Positions 29,404-39,243 of a stretch of DNA of 64,000 nt are shown in pieces. Each line of letters starts with the position of its first letter. Positions within the stretch are counted from its first letter, which is position 1. Origin of the DNA: a virus (lineage: Duplodnaviria > Heunggongvirae > Uroviricota > Caudoviricetes); IMG/VR virus record IMGVR_UViG_3300020718_000007, positions 84,390 to 148,389 of that record; one strand, given 5' to 3'. Both the position numbers and the translations under genes were made by a program. The notes below the pieces were generated by a model. It saw only the letters and a list, made by a program, of their open reading frames with translations, was not told the origin of the DNA and searched no databases.

Positions 29404-32400
29404 ATGGTAACGAAAGATAATTTACTGATTTGCTCTGTTAGGTGGAGCGAAGATTCACCTGGATTTAAGAACGCATTCTATACTCCAATTGAGCAATATA
29501 ATAATACAGGCTTAACCTATAAAATTTTCCAATACGAAAAGGAGCCTGAAATGGAAGCTCTATTTATTCAACGATATGGTTGGTTGGGTGAATATATTTA
29601 TTATAGGGTTTTTAAGTTATACGAATCTTTAAGGAAAGAGATAAAGGAAAATAATTATGACTATATCTTATTTATAGATTATAATGATACTATGTTTGTT
29701 GGTAATGCCAGAGAATTACTAATGAAGCTCAATCAGGTTAAAGCTGCCACCCTTCTGGGTGGAGAAATAACTAAATTTCCAGATGAGAAGATAACAGACC
29801 TTTGGCCAAATCCTATAACATTTGGTGAAGGTCCACATCTAAATGCTGGTATGCTATTTTCTAAATCATTAGACCTATTAATAATACTTAGAGATGCTAA
29901 AGAATTAATCGAAAAGCAACATATCCCATATACTAGTTGTCAAGGAGTATGGCAAATAATGTACCATTCTAATAAGTACGATATTCAAATTGATGAGAAT
30001 AATGAAATATTTTATAATTTGTATGGTAGAGAATTGAATAGGGATTATGGAATAATGAAAAATCATAGATTGGTTGTTTCTAATTCTACGATATGTCCAT
30101 TATTTATACATCAAAATGGTTGGCCCCATACGAGAGGATTAATAGATTTATTTGGTGAACCATTTAAAGAATATAATGAGTCCAGAAAGAAATTATCCTC
30201 CACAAAATTATCCATCGTAACTTCTTATTATAATTGTGAGAAATTCATAGAGGAACAAGCAAAATCTATATTGAGCCAAACATATACTAATTGGGAATGG
30301 ATTATTTGTGACGATTTTTCAACAGATGGTACTAAGAAAAAACTAATAGAGCTTGCTAAATCTGATTCCCGAATTAAATTAGTGGAGCAGAAACACAAGA
30401 AAGAGGTTTGGTGGAATCCACAAATTCATGCAACTGGTTCTATAGTATGTCCGATAGATGGTGATGATAAGATATTACCCAAGACTTTTGAAAAGATAGT
30501 CTATTATTTTAACAAATTTCCTGATATTGTATTACTACATTTCAATGCCAATAAATATAATGATGTCCTTCCACAGAGAAAAGAAGACATTATAGACAAA
30601 TTCCTTGATAATGTTTATATTTCAAGGGACAATATTTCTTTCTTGGATGCTTTTGAAAGGTTATGGCATCAAAGGTCTTGTATTTTTGGATATTTACGTA
30701 TTTTTAGAAATTTACCAGGATTAAATTTCAAAGTTCATCCTGATGGTGATGCCTGTTCGTCTAATGATGGTCAGTGGCTTTTATATTTAGAAGAAAGGGG
30801 AAAATGCTTGGCTATACCCAGAACTACTTATATAGCTAGGAATCATGGAAACTCTGAGAACTATCGAAATTGGAACATTAGGGGTGAGGCTAATCTAGTT
30901 ACTGATACGCAAAAAAGAAGGCAAGGAATGGACCTAGAAATGCCTAGAATCAGTGATTATTTCAATGAGGTATATGTAGCTGCAGAATCTACATATCTGA
31001 GCCAATTGAATTGGGAATCCGAGAGTAAAAAGATTTGTTTCTTTAACTATCAATACTCCGAAAGACAAAAGTTAAAGTTGAAAGAATTGTTCTTCGACCA
31101 TGAAATTTTCTTTGATGGAAATGATAAAATGTATGATTATTGCTTTATTCGGATAAGGCAAGATAGTGTTGAATCCGAGATAATGGAAATAATGGAACGT
31201 GTTTCGGGAAGAGTTAATCTTTATTGTGATAATGTTCATTTGCACCAGAATAATAGAACTGGTAAAAATACGCTCAATGAGATCAGGGATTCATTGGCTA
31301 AGAAATATAATTTCTATTGGAACATTCAAGAGAATAGAGGGATAATCTATGTTTTTGATAGTATTAAAGGAGATAAAATAGATAAGAAGATAATGGATGA
31401 TGTTTTATTAAAAGGGTATGAAGAAACTCCACTAGTAGTTAAAGAAACTAAAGAAGTAGGAAATGAGTGCTTCTTTACTTTTATTGATGGACCAAAAGTA
31501 ACAATCAATGGACCAAAGGATGCTGAATATTTGGTAAAATTTATAGACCTAGATACCCAAAAAGAAGTCTTCACTTCAATAATTAGGAACAACCACTGGA
31601 CAGCATGTTCGGTTAAGTATTGTATGCCTTGGGTGATAGAAGTATATGAAAATAATATCCTCTGGCAAACTCATAAATTTGACCCCAAGGGTAAGAGAGT
31701 CTATATACATTTAGATTCTAATTCTCTCGGGGATACACTTGCATGGGCACCATATGCAGAAGAGTTTAGAAAAAAATGGGATTGTAATGTTATTTTTTCT
31801 ACTCATCGTAACTATTTCTTTGAAGGACAATATCCGGAAATAGAAATGGTTAAACCTGGCACGATTGTTAATAACCTTTATGCAAGTTTTGGCATAGGTT
31901 GGTATTATGATCAAGCAGGTAATGTAGAAAGATATAAAAATCCTTATGATTTTAAAAGCTATCCCCTACAACAGACTGCTACTGATATTCTAAATATGGA
32001 TTTTGAAGAAGTCAAACCAAAACTTAAGATTAAGGATAAAGGTAGAAAAGTTCCTGGTAAAAGGCCATATGTTTGTATAGCTCCCCATGCATCGGCACTA
32101 GCAAAATATTGGAATCTACCGAATGGATGGCAAGGCCTAGTTAATCATTTAAGGAATGAGGGATATGATGTTGTTATGATTACTCAGGAAAAATTGGGTA
32201 ATCCATGGGATGATGGAAAAATAGGTGGAAAACTAACAGGGGTAATAGATAAAACTGGGGATCGCCCATTAGAGGAAAGGATTAATGATATTAAACATGC
32301 CGCTGCTTTTATTGGTGTTGGTAGTGGATTAAGTTGGTTAGCATGGGCAATAGATACCCCAGTATTAATGATTTCAGGATTTAGCGAAGAATGGACAGAG

Positions 32401-32601
32401 TTTACAAAAAATTGTGTTAGAGTAATTAATGAAACTGGTTGTAGAGGATGCTTTAATCGTGCAAGGTTAGATGCTGCAGATTGGAGGTGGTGTCCTGACC
32501 ATAAGGATACGGATAGACAATTTGAATGCACTAAATTAATATCATTGGAACAAGTTATAAATTCATTTAATAAACTAGAAATCAAAAGAAATGAGCAATA
32601 A
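29404..32601 (+). CDS. giant multi-domain glycosyltransferase (GT2 domain plus GT9 heptosyltransferase-like C-terminal domain)
   Basis: GT2 signature LSIVTSYYNCEKFIEEQAKSILSQTYTNWEWIICDDFSTDGT; C-terminal CIAPHASALAKYW...IGVGSGLSWLAWAIDTPVLMISG resembles GT9; 1065 aa. Confidence 0.6.
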   Translation: MVTKDNLLICSVRWSEDSPGFKNAFYTPIEQYNNTGLTYKIFQYEKEPEMEALFIQRYGWLGEYIYYRVFKLYESLRKEIKENNYDYILFIDYNDTMFVGNARELLMKLNQVKAATLLGGEITKFPDEKITDLWPNPITFGEGPHLNAGMLFSKSLDLLIILRDAKELIEKQHIPYTSCQGVWQIMYHSNKYDIQIDENNEIFYNLYGRELNRDYGIMKNHRLVVSNSTICPLFIHQNGWPHTRGLIDLFGEPFKEYNESRKKLSSTKLSIVTSYYNCEKFIEEQAKSILSQTYTNWEWIICDDFSTDGTKKKLIELAKSDSRIKLVEQKHKKEVWWNPQIHATGSIVCPIDGDDKILPKTFEKIVYYFNKFPDIVLLHFNANKYNDVLPQRKEDIIDKFLDNVYISRDNISFLDAFERLWHQRSCIFGYLRIFRNLPGLNFKVHPDGDACSSNDGQWLLYLEERGKCLAIPRTTYIARNHGNSENYRNWNIRGEANLVTDTQKRRQGMDLEMPRISDYFNEVYVAAESTYLSQLNWESESKKICFFNYQYSERQKLKLKELFFDHEIFFDGNDKMYDYCFIRIRQDSVESEIMEIMERVSGRVNLYCDNVHLHQNNRTGKNTLNEIRDSLAKKYNFYWNIQENRGIIYVFDSIKGDKIDKKIMDDVLLKGYEETPLVVKETKEVGNECFFTFIDGPKVTINGPKDAEYLVKFIDLDTQKEVFTSIIRNNHWTACSVKYCMPWVIEVYENNILWQTHKFDPKGKRVYIHLDSNSLGDTLAWAPYAEEFRKKWDCNVIFSTHRNYFFEGQYPEIEMVKPGTIVNNLYASFGIGWYYDQAGNVERYKNPYDFKSYPLQQTATDILNMDFEEVKPKLKIKDKGRKVPGKRPYVCIAPHASALAKYWNLPNGWQGLVNHLRNEGYDVVMITQEKLGNPWDDGKIGGKLTGVIDKTGDRPLEERINDIKHAAAFIGVGSGLSWLAWAIDTPVLMISGFSEEWTEFTKNCVRVINETGCRGCFNRARLDAADWRWCPDHKDTDRQFECTKLISLEQVINSFNKLEIKRNEQ

Positions 32602-33190
32602 GGATTGGATAGGAGATCAAAGAAGTATTTATACAACACTAGGAGCTAGTAACCACGTAGAACATGATAGGGAAACAAATGACTATTATGCAACAGAGCC
32701 AAAAGCTACGGAATTGTTAATGGGATTGGAAAAATTTTCTGATAATATATTGGAGCCTGCATGTGGATCTGGTCACATGTCAAAAGTTTTAGAAGCTAAT
32801 GGCTATAATGTAACTAGTACTGATTTAATTGATAGGGGATATGGAAAGGATTTTGGGGATTTCCTATTAAGAGAAGAACCTTTTGATGGTGACATTATAA
32901 CCAATCCTCCTTATAAATTTGCACAGGAATTTATAGAAAAATCACTCGAATTAGTAAAGGATGGTAGTAAAGTAGCTATGTTTTTAAAAATCCAATTCTT
33001 AGAAGGACAGAAAAGAAAGAAGTTATTTAAAAAATATCCTCCAAAAGTAATATACGTTTCCAGCTCCCGATTACTCTGTGCAATAAATGGAAATTTTGAT
33101 AGCATTAACGGTAGTGGTGCAGTTTCTTATGCGTGGTATATTTGGGAAAAAGGATTTACTGGTGATACAATAATTAAATGGTTCAATTAA
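32591..33190 (+). CDS. small amino-methyltransferase (N6-adenine/N4-cytosine type, NPPY motif)
   Basis: motif I ILEPACGSGHM followed by motif IV DIITNPPYKF; 199 aa; overlaps the preceding gene by 11 nt. Confidence 0.5.
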   Translation: MSNKDWIGDQRSIYTTLGASNHVEHDRETNDYYATEPKATELLMGLEKFSDNILEPACGSGHMSKVLEANGYNVTSTDLIDRGYGKDFGDFLLREEPFDGDIITNPPYKFAQEFIEKSLELVKDGSKVAMFLKIQFLEGQKRKKLFKKYPPKVIYVSSSRLLCAINGNFDSINGSGAVSYAWYIWEKGFTGDTIIKWFN

Positions 33191-33777
33191 TGGAAAATAA
33201 AGAAAAGAAACCCTGCGTTATTATAGCAGGTCCTCCGGGAAGTGGAAAAGGTACACAATCTTCCTACATTAAAAAACAAACTGGATTTGTTCATATCTCA
33301 ACAGGAGATATAATTAGGAATTCTGGTAATAAAAAGTTAATGGATACAGCAGCTAGTGGAACGTTTATTTCTGATGAGGATGCTATTGTATTAGTTGATG
33401 AGTTTATTAAAAATAATAGTGATGCCAAAGGATTTATTTGGGATGGGTATCCACGTTCAGTTTCCCAGATTAAAGGATTTAATAAAGTTCTAAAAGAGAA
33501 TAATTTAGATCCAACTACTCTAATAATCTTAGAGGCAGACCAAAAACTTCTAATGGGAAGAATATTGGAAAGGGCCAAGAAGGAAAAAAGGCAAGATGAT
33601 GAGATAGAAAAAATTAAAAAAAGGTTTGAAATTTATAAAAATCAAACCGAGCCCTGCTTGGATAAGCTATCCATTATGATGATTGAGAAGACAATTTTTA
33701 CAGTGGAAACTAATGGAGGGATAGATAAAATAAATTCTGAAATCCACAAAATTTTGGATGAAATCAATCTTCTGTAG
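33178..33777 (+). CDS. adk: adenylate kinase family NMP kinase
   Basis: P-loop IIAGPPGSGKGTQ, NMP-binding HISTGDIIRN, GFIWDGYPRSVSQ, RQDDEIEKIKKRFEIY. Confidence 0.8.
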   Translation: MVQLMENKEKKPCVIIAGPPGSGKGTQSSYIKKQTGFVHISTGDIIRNSGNKKLMDTAASGTFISDEDAIVLVDEFIKNNSDAKGFIWDGYPRSVSQIKGFNKVLKENNLDPTTLIILEADQKLLMGRILERAKKEKRQDDEIEKIKKRFEIYKNQTEPCLDKLSIMMIEKTIFTVETNGGIDKINSEIHKILDEINLL

Positions 33778-33805
33778 TTCGCTATAAGAATAAAATACAA
33801 AATTT

Positions 33806-34024
33806 ATGGGGCAAGAAACAAAACTATACCAAGAAGACGAGGATATATTTCAACGTGTTGATAAGTTCGAAAAATACGTGGATTATTTAAGTCAATCCTT
33901 AGAACAAACTATAGCCTACGCAGAGTACTTAGCATCTAAAATGGATCCGGTTTATATGGTATTAATAAAAGCTGGATATGAGCTTCCGAGTGATAAAAAT
34001 AAAATAGAAGATGAACGAAAATAA
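33806..34024 (+). CDS. hypothetical protein
   Basis: 72-aa ORF. Confidence 0.3.
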   Translation: MGQETKLYQEDEDIFQRVDKFEKYVDYLSQSLEQTIAYAEYLASKMDPVYMVLIKAGYELPSDKNKIEDERK

Positions 34025-35237
34025 AAATAGTAAGCCCAGTATTTGTCTGGTGATGATAGTTAAGAATGAGTCGGAAGTAATCCGTAGATGTTTGGATTCA
34101 GTTTCAAAGTATATTGATTATTGGGTAATCGTAGATACTGGTTCTACTGACGGAACACAGGATATTATTAAGACTCATATGAATGATCTGGGAATTCCTG
34201 GATCTTTATATGAAAGGCCTTGGCAGGACTATGGAACTAATAGAACAGAAAGCTTACAATTAGCAGCTGGTAAATGTGACTATAGATTAGTTATAGATGC
34301 GGATGATGTATTGGAGGTCAAAGATCCTGAAGTGTTTAATAATTTAACAGCCGATGCTTATAGGGTAGGAATTATATTAGGCGATATTACCTATTTTAGA
34401 ATTCAACTTGTCAAGTCTTCCCAAAAATGGAAATATGTAGGAGTACTACATGAGTATATTAGTTATGATGGAGAAGGAACTAATACAGAAGATGATCTAC
34501 ATGGTGTAATGATGATTGCAGGGGTTAGTGGAGATAAGAGAGATTTAAAAGGTGCAGAAAAATATTACAATGACGCACTAATTTTTGAAAGGGAACTTAT
34601 CAATAATAAAACCCTAGAGGAAGGATTAATAAGCAGATATTGGTTCTATTGTGCTCAAAGTTATAAAGATGCAGGAATGTATGAAAGAGCATTAGTAGCA
34701 TATCAGAAAAGGGTAGATCTTGGGGGATGGCCAGAGGAAGTTTATGTTTCTCTTTTCAATATAGCTAAAATGAAAGGGGCTCTTCAGAAACCAATAGAAG
34801 AAATTGAAAGGTCCCTTTTAAATGCTTGGGAATATAGACCTGTTAGGTTGGAAGCTGCGTACGAATTAATACGTATCTTGATTCACCAAAAGAGGTTTTT
34901 CCTGGCATTTTCTATTGGAAATATCTGTTTGAGAATGGGCGGATGCGTCGACGTTCTATTTGTAGAACATGATATATGGAAATGGAAATTTATTTATGCT
35001 TATTCCATAACATGTTTCAATACAGGAAACCTAGATGAGGCTTTAAGGTGTAGTAAATCGTTAATAGCATCTCCAGAATGGGATAATATTCCAGAAAAGG
35101 ATAGGGAAGGTATTAAAGCTAATAATGATGTATTCCAAAAAGCTGTTGATGAAAGGGACAAAAATTCTCAAGAGGAAGGAGATCAGCCAATTCAACCACC
35201 AGTTGATAATGACCTTCCAAAATTAGGTGATATATAA
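34011..35237 (+). CDS. GT2-family glycosyltransferase with C-terminal TPR-like helical region
   Basis: PSICLVMIVKNESEVIRRCLDSVSKYIDYWVIVDTGSTDGT (GT2 N-terminal signature). Confidence 0.6.
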   Translation: MNENKNSKPSICLVMIVKNESEVIRRCLDSVSKYIDYWVIVDTGSTDGTQDIIKTHMNDLGIPGSLYERPWQDYGTNRTESLQLAAGKCDYRLVIDADDVLEVKDPEVFNNLTADAYRVGIILGDITYFRIQLVKSSQKWKYVGVLHEYISYDGEGTNTEDDLHGVMMIAGVSGDKRDLKGAEKYYNDALIFERELINNKTLEEGLISRYWFYCAQSYKDAGMYERALVAYQKRVDLGGWPEEVYVSLFNIAKMKGALQKPIEEIERSLLNAWEYRPVRLEAAYELIRILIHQKRFFLAFSIGNICLRMGGCVDVLFVEHDIWKWKFIYAYSITCFNTGNLDEALRCSKSLIASPEWDNIPEKDREGIKANNDVFQKAVDERDKNSQEEGDQPIQPPVDNDLPKLGDI

Positions 35238-35240
35238 CTT

Positions 35241-35618
35241 ATGATTTCAAAGTACGTAAAAAACTATAATGATTTTTTCGGGAATGGTGATACTGTTCCC
35301 GTTAATATCATGGATCATATGTTTAAAATGGAAATTTGTAAAGTACCATCGGAGGGATTGATTGGAAGAGATATAAAGTATGATGGTATGATATTTCAAT
35401 TTGAGAAAGCTCAACCATTATCGTTTCATACGAAAGGTTGTATAACATCTATAGATATAGTATTTATTTTAAATGGCCAAATAGTAAAGATAGAAGAGAA
35501 CTGTGAGCCAAATACACCAAATAATTTTGAGTGTATAAAGGCCGATACTGTTTTGGAATTTCCTGCTGGAACTTGTAAAAAATTGGGGATTGAAACTGGC
35601 TTATTTTGTAATATTTAA
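35241..35618 (+). CDS. hypothetical protein
   Basis: 125-aa ORF. Confidence 0.35.
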   Translation: MISKYVKNYNDFFGNGDTVPVNIMDHMFKMEICKVPSEGLIGRDIKYDGMIFQFEKAQPLSFHTKGCITSIDIVFILNGQIVKIEENCEPNTPNNFECIKADTVLEFPAGTCKKLGIETGLFCNI

Positions 35619-35741
35619 TAAAATAATAAATATATGATTAATGTATATTTAAAAGATACTAATAGAATGAGGAATTTAGGGAATCTTAAAATTGCATTGG
35701 ATGGATGTAATATACAAGACCAATTTAATAGAATTAAATAA

Positions 35742-36992
35742 TTATAATATTTTTAAATTTTCCTTATTATCAAATATCCAAAATTCAAACAATAATCCTT
35801 TATTGATACAAGAATCTCTTTTAATTAAATTTATTTCTAAATTTCTAATAAGTGTAAACTCTGATTTAACTTCTATAACTTTATTATCGGGTATTATATA
35901 AATATCTATTAGATATTGTCTTTCCTTATTCTCGTATTTATCGAAGTATGTAATTTTACCTATTTTATTTCTTATTTCTTTATCTATAATAAGTAAATCT
36001 TCTTCTTTATAAGTTTTTAAAAGGATATCCAGAGCATAATTTTCATACCCTTGTATTTTAACAATTCTACCAGATGGTAATACATAATCTTTATATTTTC
36101 CATGAAATGGATATTCAATACTCCATTTTTCGAGCATAAATTTTATGTGTTCTTTTGATCCTAAATAGGATTTAAATTGATATCTATCCATACAGGTATT
36201 CTCCCTTCTTATTTTAACACCTTCATTAGAAGAAGGATATTCTGTCCCATACTTTAATAATGAGTAATCTTTGAATTTTCTTTTAAATTCCTCTGTTTCT
36301 GTATACCAATCTTTATTATATCTTTCTTTTATTGTATTTGATATTTTTTCTCTAACACTAGGATTTTTAAATTGATGATCAACTCCATACTTTTTTAAGT
36401 TAGTTTCTTTTAATTTATCTTTAAATGCTTGAGATTGTGTTACGTGTTCTACTCCGTATTTTTCTAATGATGTGGATTTTATTTTATCTCTAAATTCTTG
36501 TGTTTGTGAGTAACTTTCTACCCCATACCTTTCCAAATTTAATTTCTTACAATGTTTTTTAAATTCTTTAGATTGAGTATTATACTCAACCCCAATATTT
36601 TTTAAATTAGTTTCTTTAATTTTTTCTTTAATTGTTTCACTTTGATATACATTTTCTACCCCATATCTTTCTAAATTGGTAGTTATGGTTTTAATAGATC
36701 TTTCCGGATGATTAGCTCCACATTTAATTGAACATGTTTTATTATAACCCCATTTATTAGGATTAAATTTTAACTTATTTGTATTGCAGATTGAACAAAT
36801 AGGAGTAGAAAGTAAGTTATTAATTATATGAAATATTCTCTCTGAATATGTTTCATTATCTATTAAATAATTTGTTTCTAATAAAATAAAATTCTGGATT
36901 ACTTTTGAATTTCTTATACTAGCATTCAATGATGATCTACCTTTATTATCTAATATTTTAGTAGCCCAATTTTTTAATTCGCATCTATTCAT
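35742..36992 (-). mobile_element. putative homing-type endonuclease gene (N-terminal Zn finger, four to five ~35-aa tandem repeats, C-terminal PD-(D/E)XK-like motif)
   Basis: the only sizeable minus-strand gene in a + strand block; CSICN...CSIKCG zinc finger; repeats LERYGVENVYQSE / LERYGVESYSQTQ / LEKYGVEHVTQSQ / LKKYGVDHQFKNP; C-terminal IDIYIIPDNKVIEVKSEF (PD...EVK). Confidence 0.4.
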
Positions 36993-37131
36993 AATACTTT
37001 TTTATATTATATTATTTGTTTTAGGAAAGTTCCTATTTATATTGTTGATCCTTATTTTATATATCTGATTAAATTTACATTTTGAAACTTTTTTTTGGTT
37101 TTATCTAAAATATACATAATTTGTAACAAAC

Positions 37132-38931
37132 ATGAAAGAAAACAACAAAGAAATAGAGGTGTTATCGGAGCGGGACCACATCAGGCTCAGACCAACGGTG
37201 TATGTTGGCAGCGTAAGACCTACCGAAGAGAAAATACCAATCATTAAAGACTGTAGAATATTTATAGAGCCAAAGACTATTTCTGTTGGCCTCTATAAAC
37301 TTTTTGATGAGGTGTTTTCCAATTCCTTAGATGAAGCAAAAAGGATGAAAGGTAAGATGAAATCTATAACTGTAAGTATAGATTCCAAAAAGAATTCCGT
37401 TACAGTAAAGGATACTGGTAATGGATTTTATAAGGGTAGTTCAAAAAATAAAGTATCTGGGCTTTCCAATATTGAAACTGCAGTTTCTCAATTAAGAGCA
37501 GGAACAAATTTTAAAAATGGCGAAGTTGAAGAAGCATTAGTTGGAACTAATGGTATGGGAGTAAGTCTTGTTAACGTACTCTCCAGAAAATTTTCAATAG
37601 TAACTACAAACGTTGAACATAAGTATGAACAACATTGGGATGATTACGAAAGGAGAGAGCCAATAATAACAAAGAATGAGGGTAATATTCCATTAGGAAC
37701 AGAGGTTACATTTGAACCTATAACAGATGCAAGTGTTTTTGGTAGGTCTAAATGGGATATGGAAATTATAAAAACCCAGCTTATTTTTAAATTACGCTTA
37801 ATCAAAAAAGATCCGGTTATTAATAATTTAAGTATAGATTTTTATTGGGATGGTATTAAAATACCTCTTGATATTTCTCTATATCCCAAAGGTTCGTTTT
37901 CATTAGAAACACCAATTGGAGAAGTAATTATTTGGGAAAAATATGAAGGTAGCGGTTCTATAAGTTTTGTTAACTCTGCGATGTGTACTGGTATACATCA
38001 AAGGATAGTAAATGAATTTATTAATGCTAAATTGGAAGATAGTTTAGGTCATCACTTTTATGATACCTTTATTTCTTTAAATCTTCAACCTAAACTAGTT
38101 CATTTTGGGGATCAAAATAAGACCAAGTTTATAACACCAAGGGAAGAAGTAGAACCAACTATATCCAGAACGATTCTTAGTAAGTTAGGAGCATTTTTCA
38201 AAACCGAATTATTTGCTTCTATACAAACAAAGGTAGAAGAAAGGAGAACAGAAGGACATGTTAAGAAATTAAGGGCAGAAAAGAGAAAGGTTAATGTTAA
38301 AAATTCTCATAAGTATTTCCCAGCAGGAAAGAATAATGCAGAAAACTTATTTATAGTGGAAGGATTATCAGCGATGGGCTCAATACTTCAAAAGAGGGAT
38401 CCAGATAGAGATGGCATCTATGCACTAAAAGGTAAGATTAAGAATTGTAGGAACCTTGGGGATCTTTCCGAAAACAAGGAAATTTTGGAGCTAATGCAAA
38501 TTCTTAATTTGGATCCTACACTTAAAACAGTCCACAGCATTTCCGGGTATAGAAGGGTGATAATAGCAACAGATGCTGACCCTGATGGTGCACACATTAC
38601 TTCGCTATTGATAAATATGTTCTTTAAATGGTTTCCTGGAGTAATTTCTTATGGTCAATTAAATACCTTAAGGACCCCTCTTGTTTCTGTAGGAGATAAG
38701 GCAAAAAGGAAGTATTTCTTTGAGCTGGATGATTTTAAGAAAGCTAAACCAGCTGGAAATGTTAGATACTTAAAAGGTCTTGGTTCATTGGATATTGCCG
38801 ACTGGGAATATGTAATGGCAAATAAGGATTTAGCAGTAATAACCTATGATCCTAAAGCAAAAGAATATTTGGATATGGCATTCGGAGATTCATCAGATCT
38901 ACGTAAAAAATGGTTAGCAGGTAAAATATAG
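37132..38931 (+). CDS. gp39: DNA topoisomerase II large subunit (GyrB-like ATPase plus toprim; T4 gp39/gp60 equivalents in one gene)
   Basis: GHKL ATPase region; toprim motifs VEGLSAMGS and ATDADPDGAHI. Confidence 0.8.
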   Translation: MKENNKEIEVLSERDHIRLRPTVYVGSVRPTEEKIPIIKDCRIFIEPKTISVGLYKLFDEVFSNSLDEAKRMKGKMKSITVSIDSKKNSVTVKDTGNGFYKGSSKNKVSGLSNIETAVSQLRAGTNFKNGEVEEALVGTNGMGVSLVNVLSRKFSIVTTNVEHKYEQHWDDYERREPIITKNEGNIPLGTEVTFEPITDASVFGRSKWDMEIIKTQLIFKLRLIKKDPVINNLSIDFYWDGIKIPLDISLYPKGSFSLETPIGEVIIWEKYEGSGSISFVNSAMCTGIHQRIVNEFINAKLEDSLGHHFYDTFISLNLQPKLVHFGDQNKTKFITPREEVEPTISRTILSKLGAFFKTELFASIQTKVEERRTEGHVKKLRAEKRKVNVKNSHKYFPAGKNNAENLFIVEGLSAMGSILQKRDPDRDGIYALKGKIKNCRNLGDLSENKEILELMQILNLDPTLKTVHSISGYRRVIIATDADPDGAHITSLLINMFFKWFPGVISYGQLNTLRTPLVSVGDKAKRKYFFELDDFKKAKPAGNVRYLKGLGSLDIADWEYVMANKDLAVITYDPKAKEYLDMAFGDSSDLRKKWLAGKI

Positions 38932-38934
38932 AAT

Positions 38935-39186
38935 ATGAAATGTGTATGTATACAAGCCTCTAGATGGTATAATATTGTAGAATCCCAAAATTTTGGAGGT
39001 GGATCATCTGGAGCATATGAATTTATACCAGGAGAGGTATATGAGGTCGTAATTGAGAGGGATGGGTTTTGGGGTGACTATTATGTGGTTAAAAATCCTC
39101 CACACCAGACATCTTTTGGCGTTAAAGACCATGAAAATACTCCTCCTGGAAGGGCATTTTCTGACTTTTTTCGAATAATAAGTTAG
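38935..39186 (+). CDS. hypothetical protein
   Basis: 83-aa ORF. Confidence 0.3.
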   Translation: MKCVCIQASRWYNIVESQNFGGGSSGAYEFIPGEVYEVVIERDGFWGDYYVVKNPPHQTSFGVKDHENTPPGRAFSDFFRIIS

Positions 39187-39243
39187 AACTATGTTAAATT
39201 CTTTAAACCCACGAAAACAATTGGGGTGGTTGTCATATAAAGA

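Noticed and set aside
32184-32639. Minus-strand 151-aa ORF
   Set aside because: It is embedded antisense in the GT9-like domain of the glycosyltransferase gene, with no independent support.
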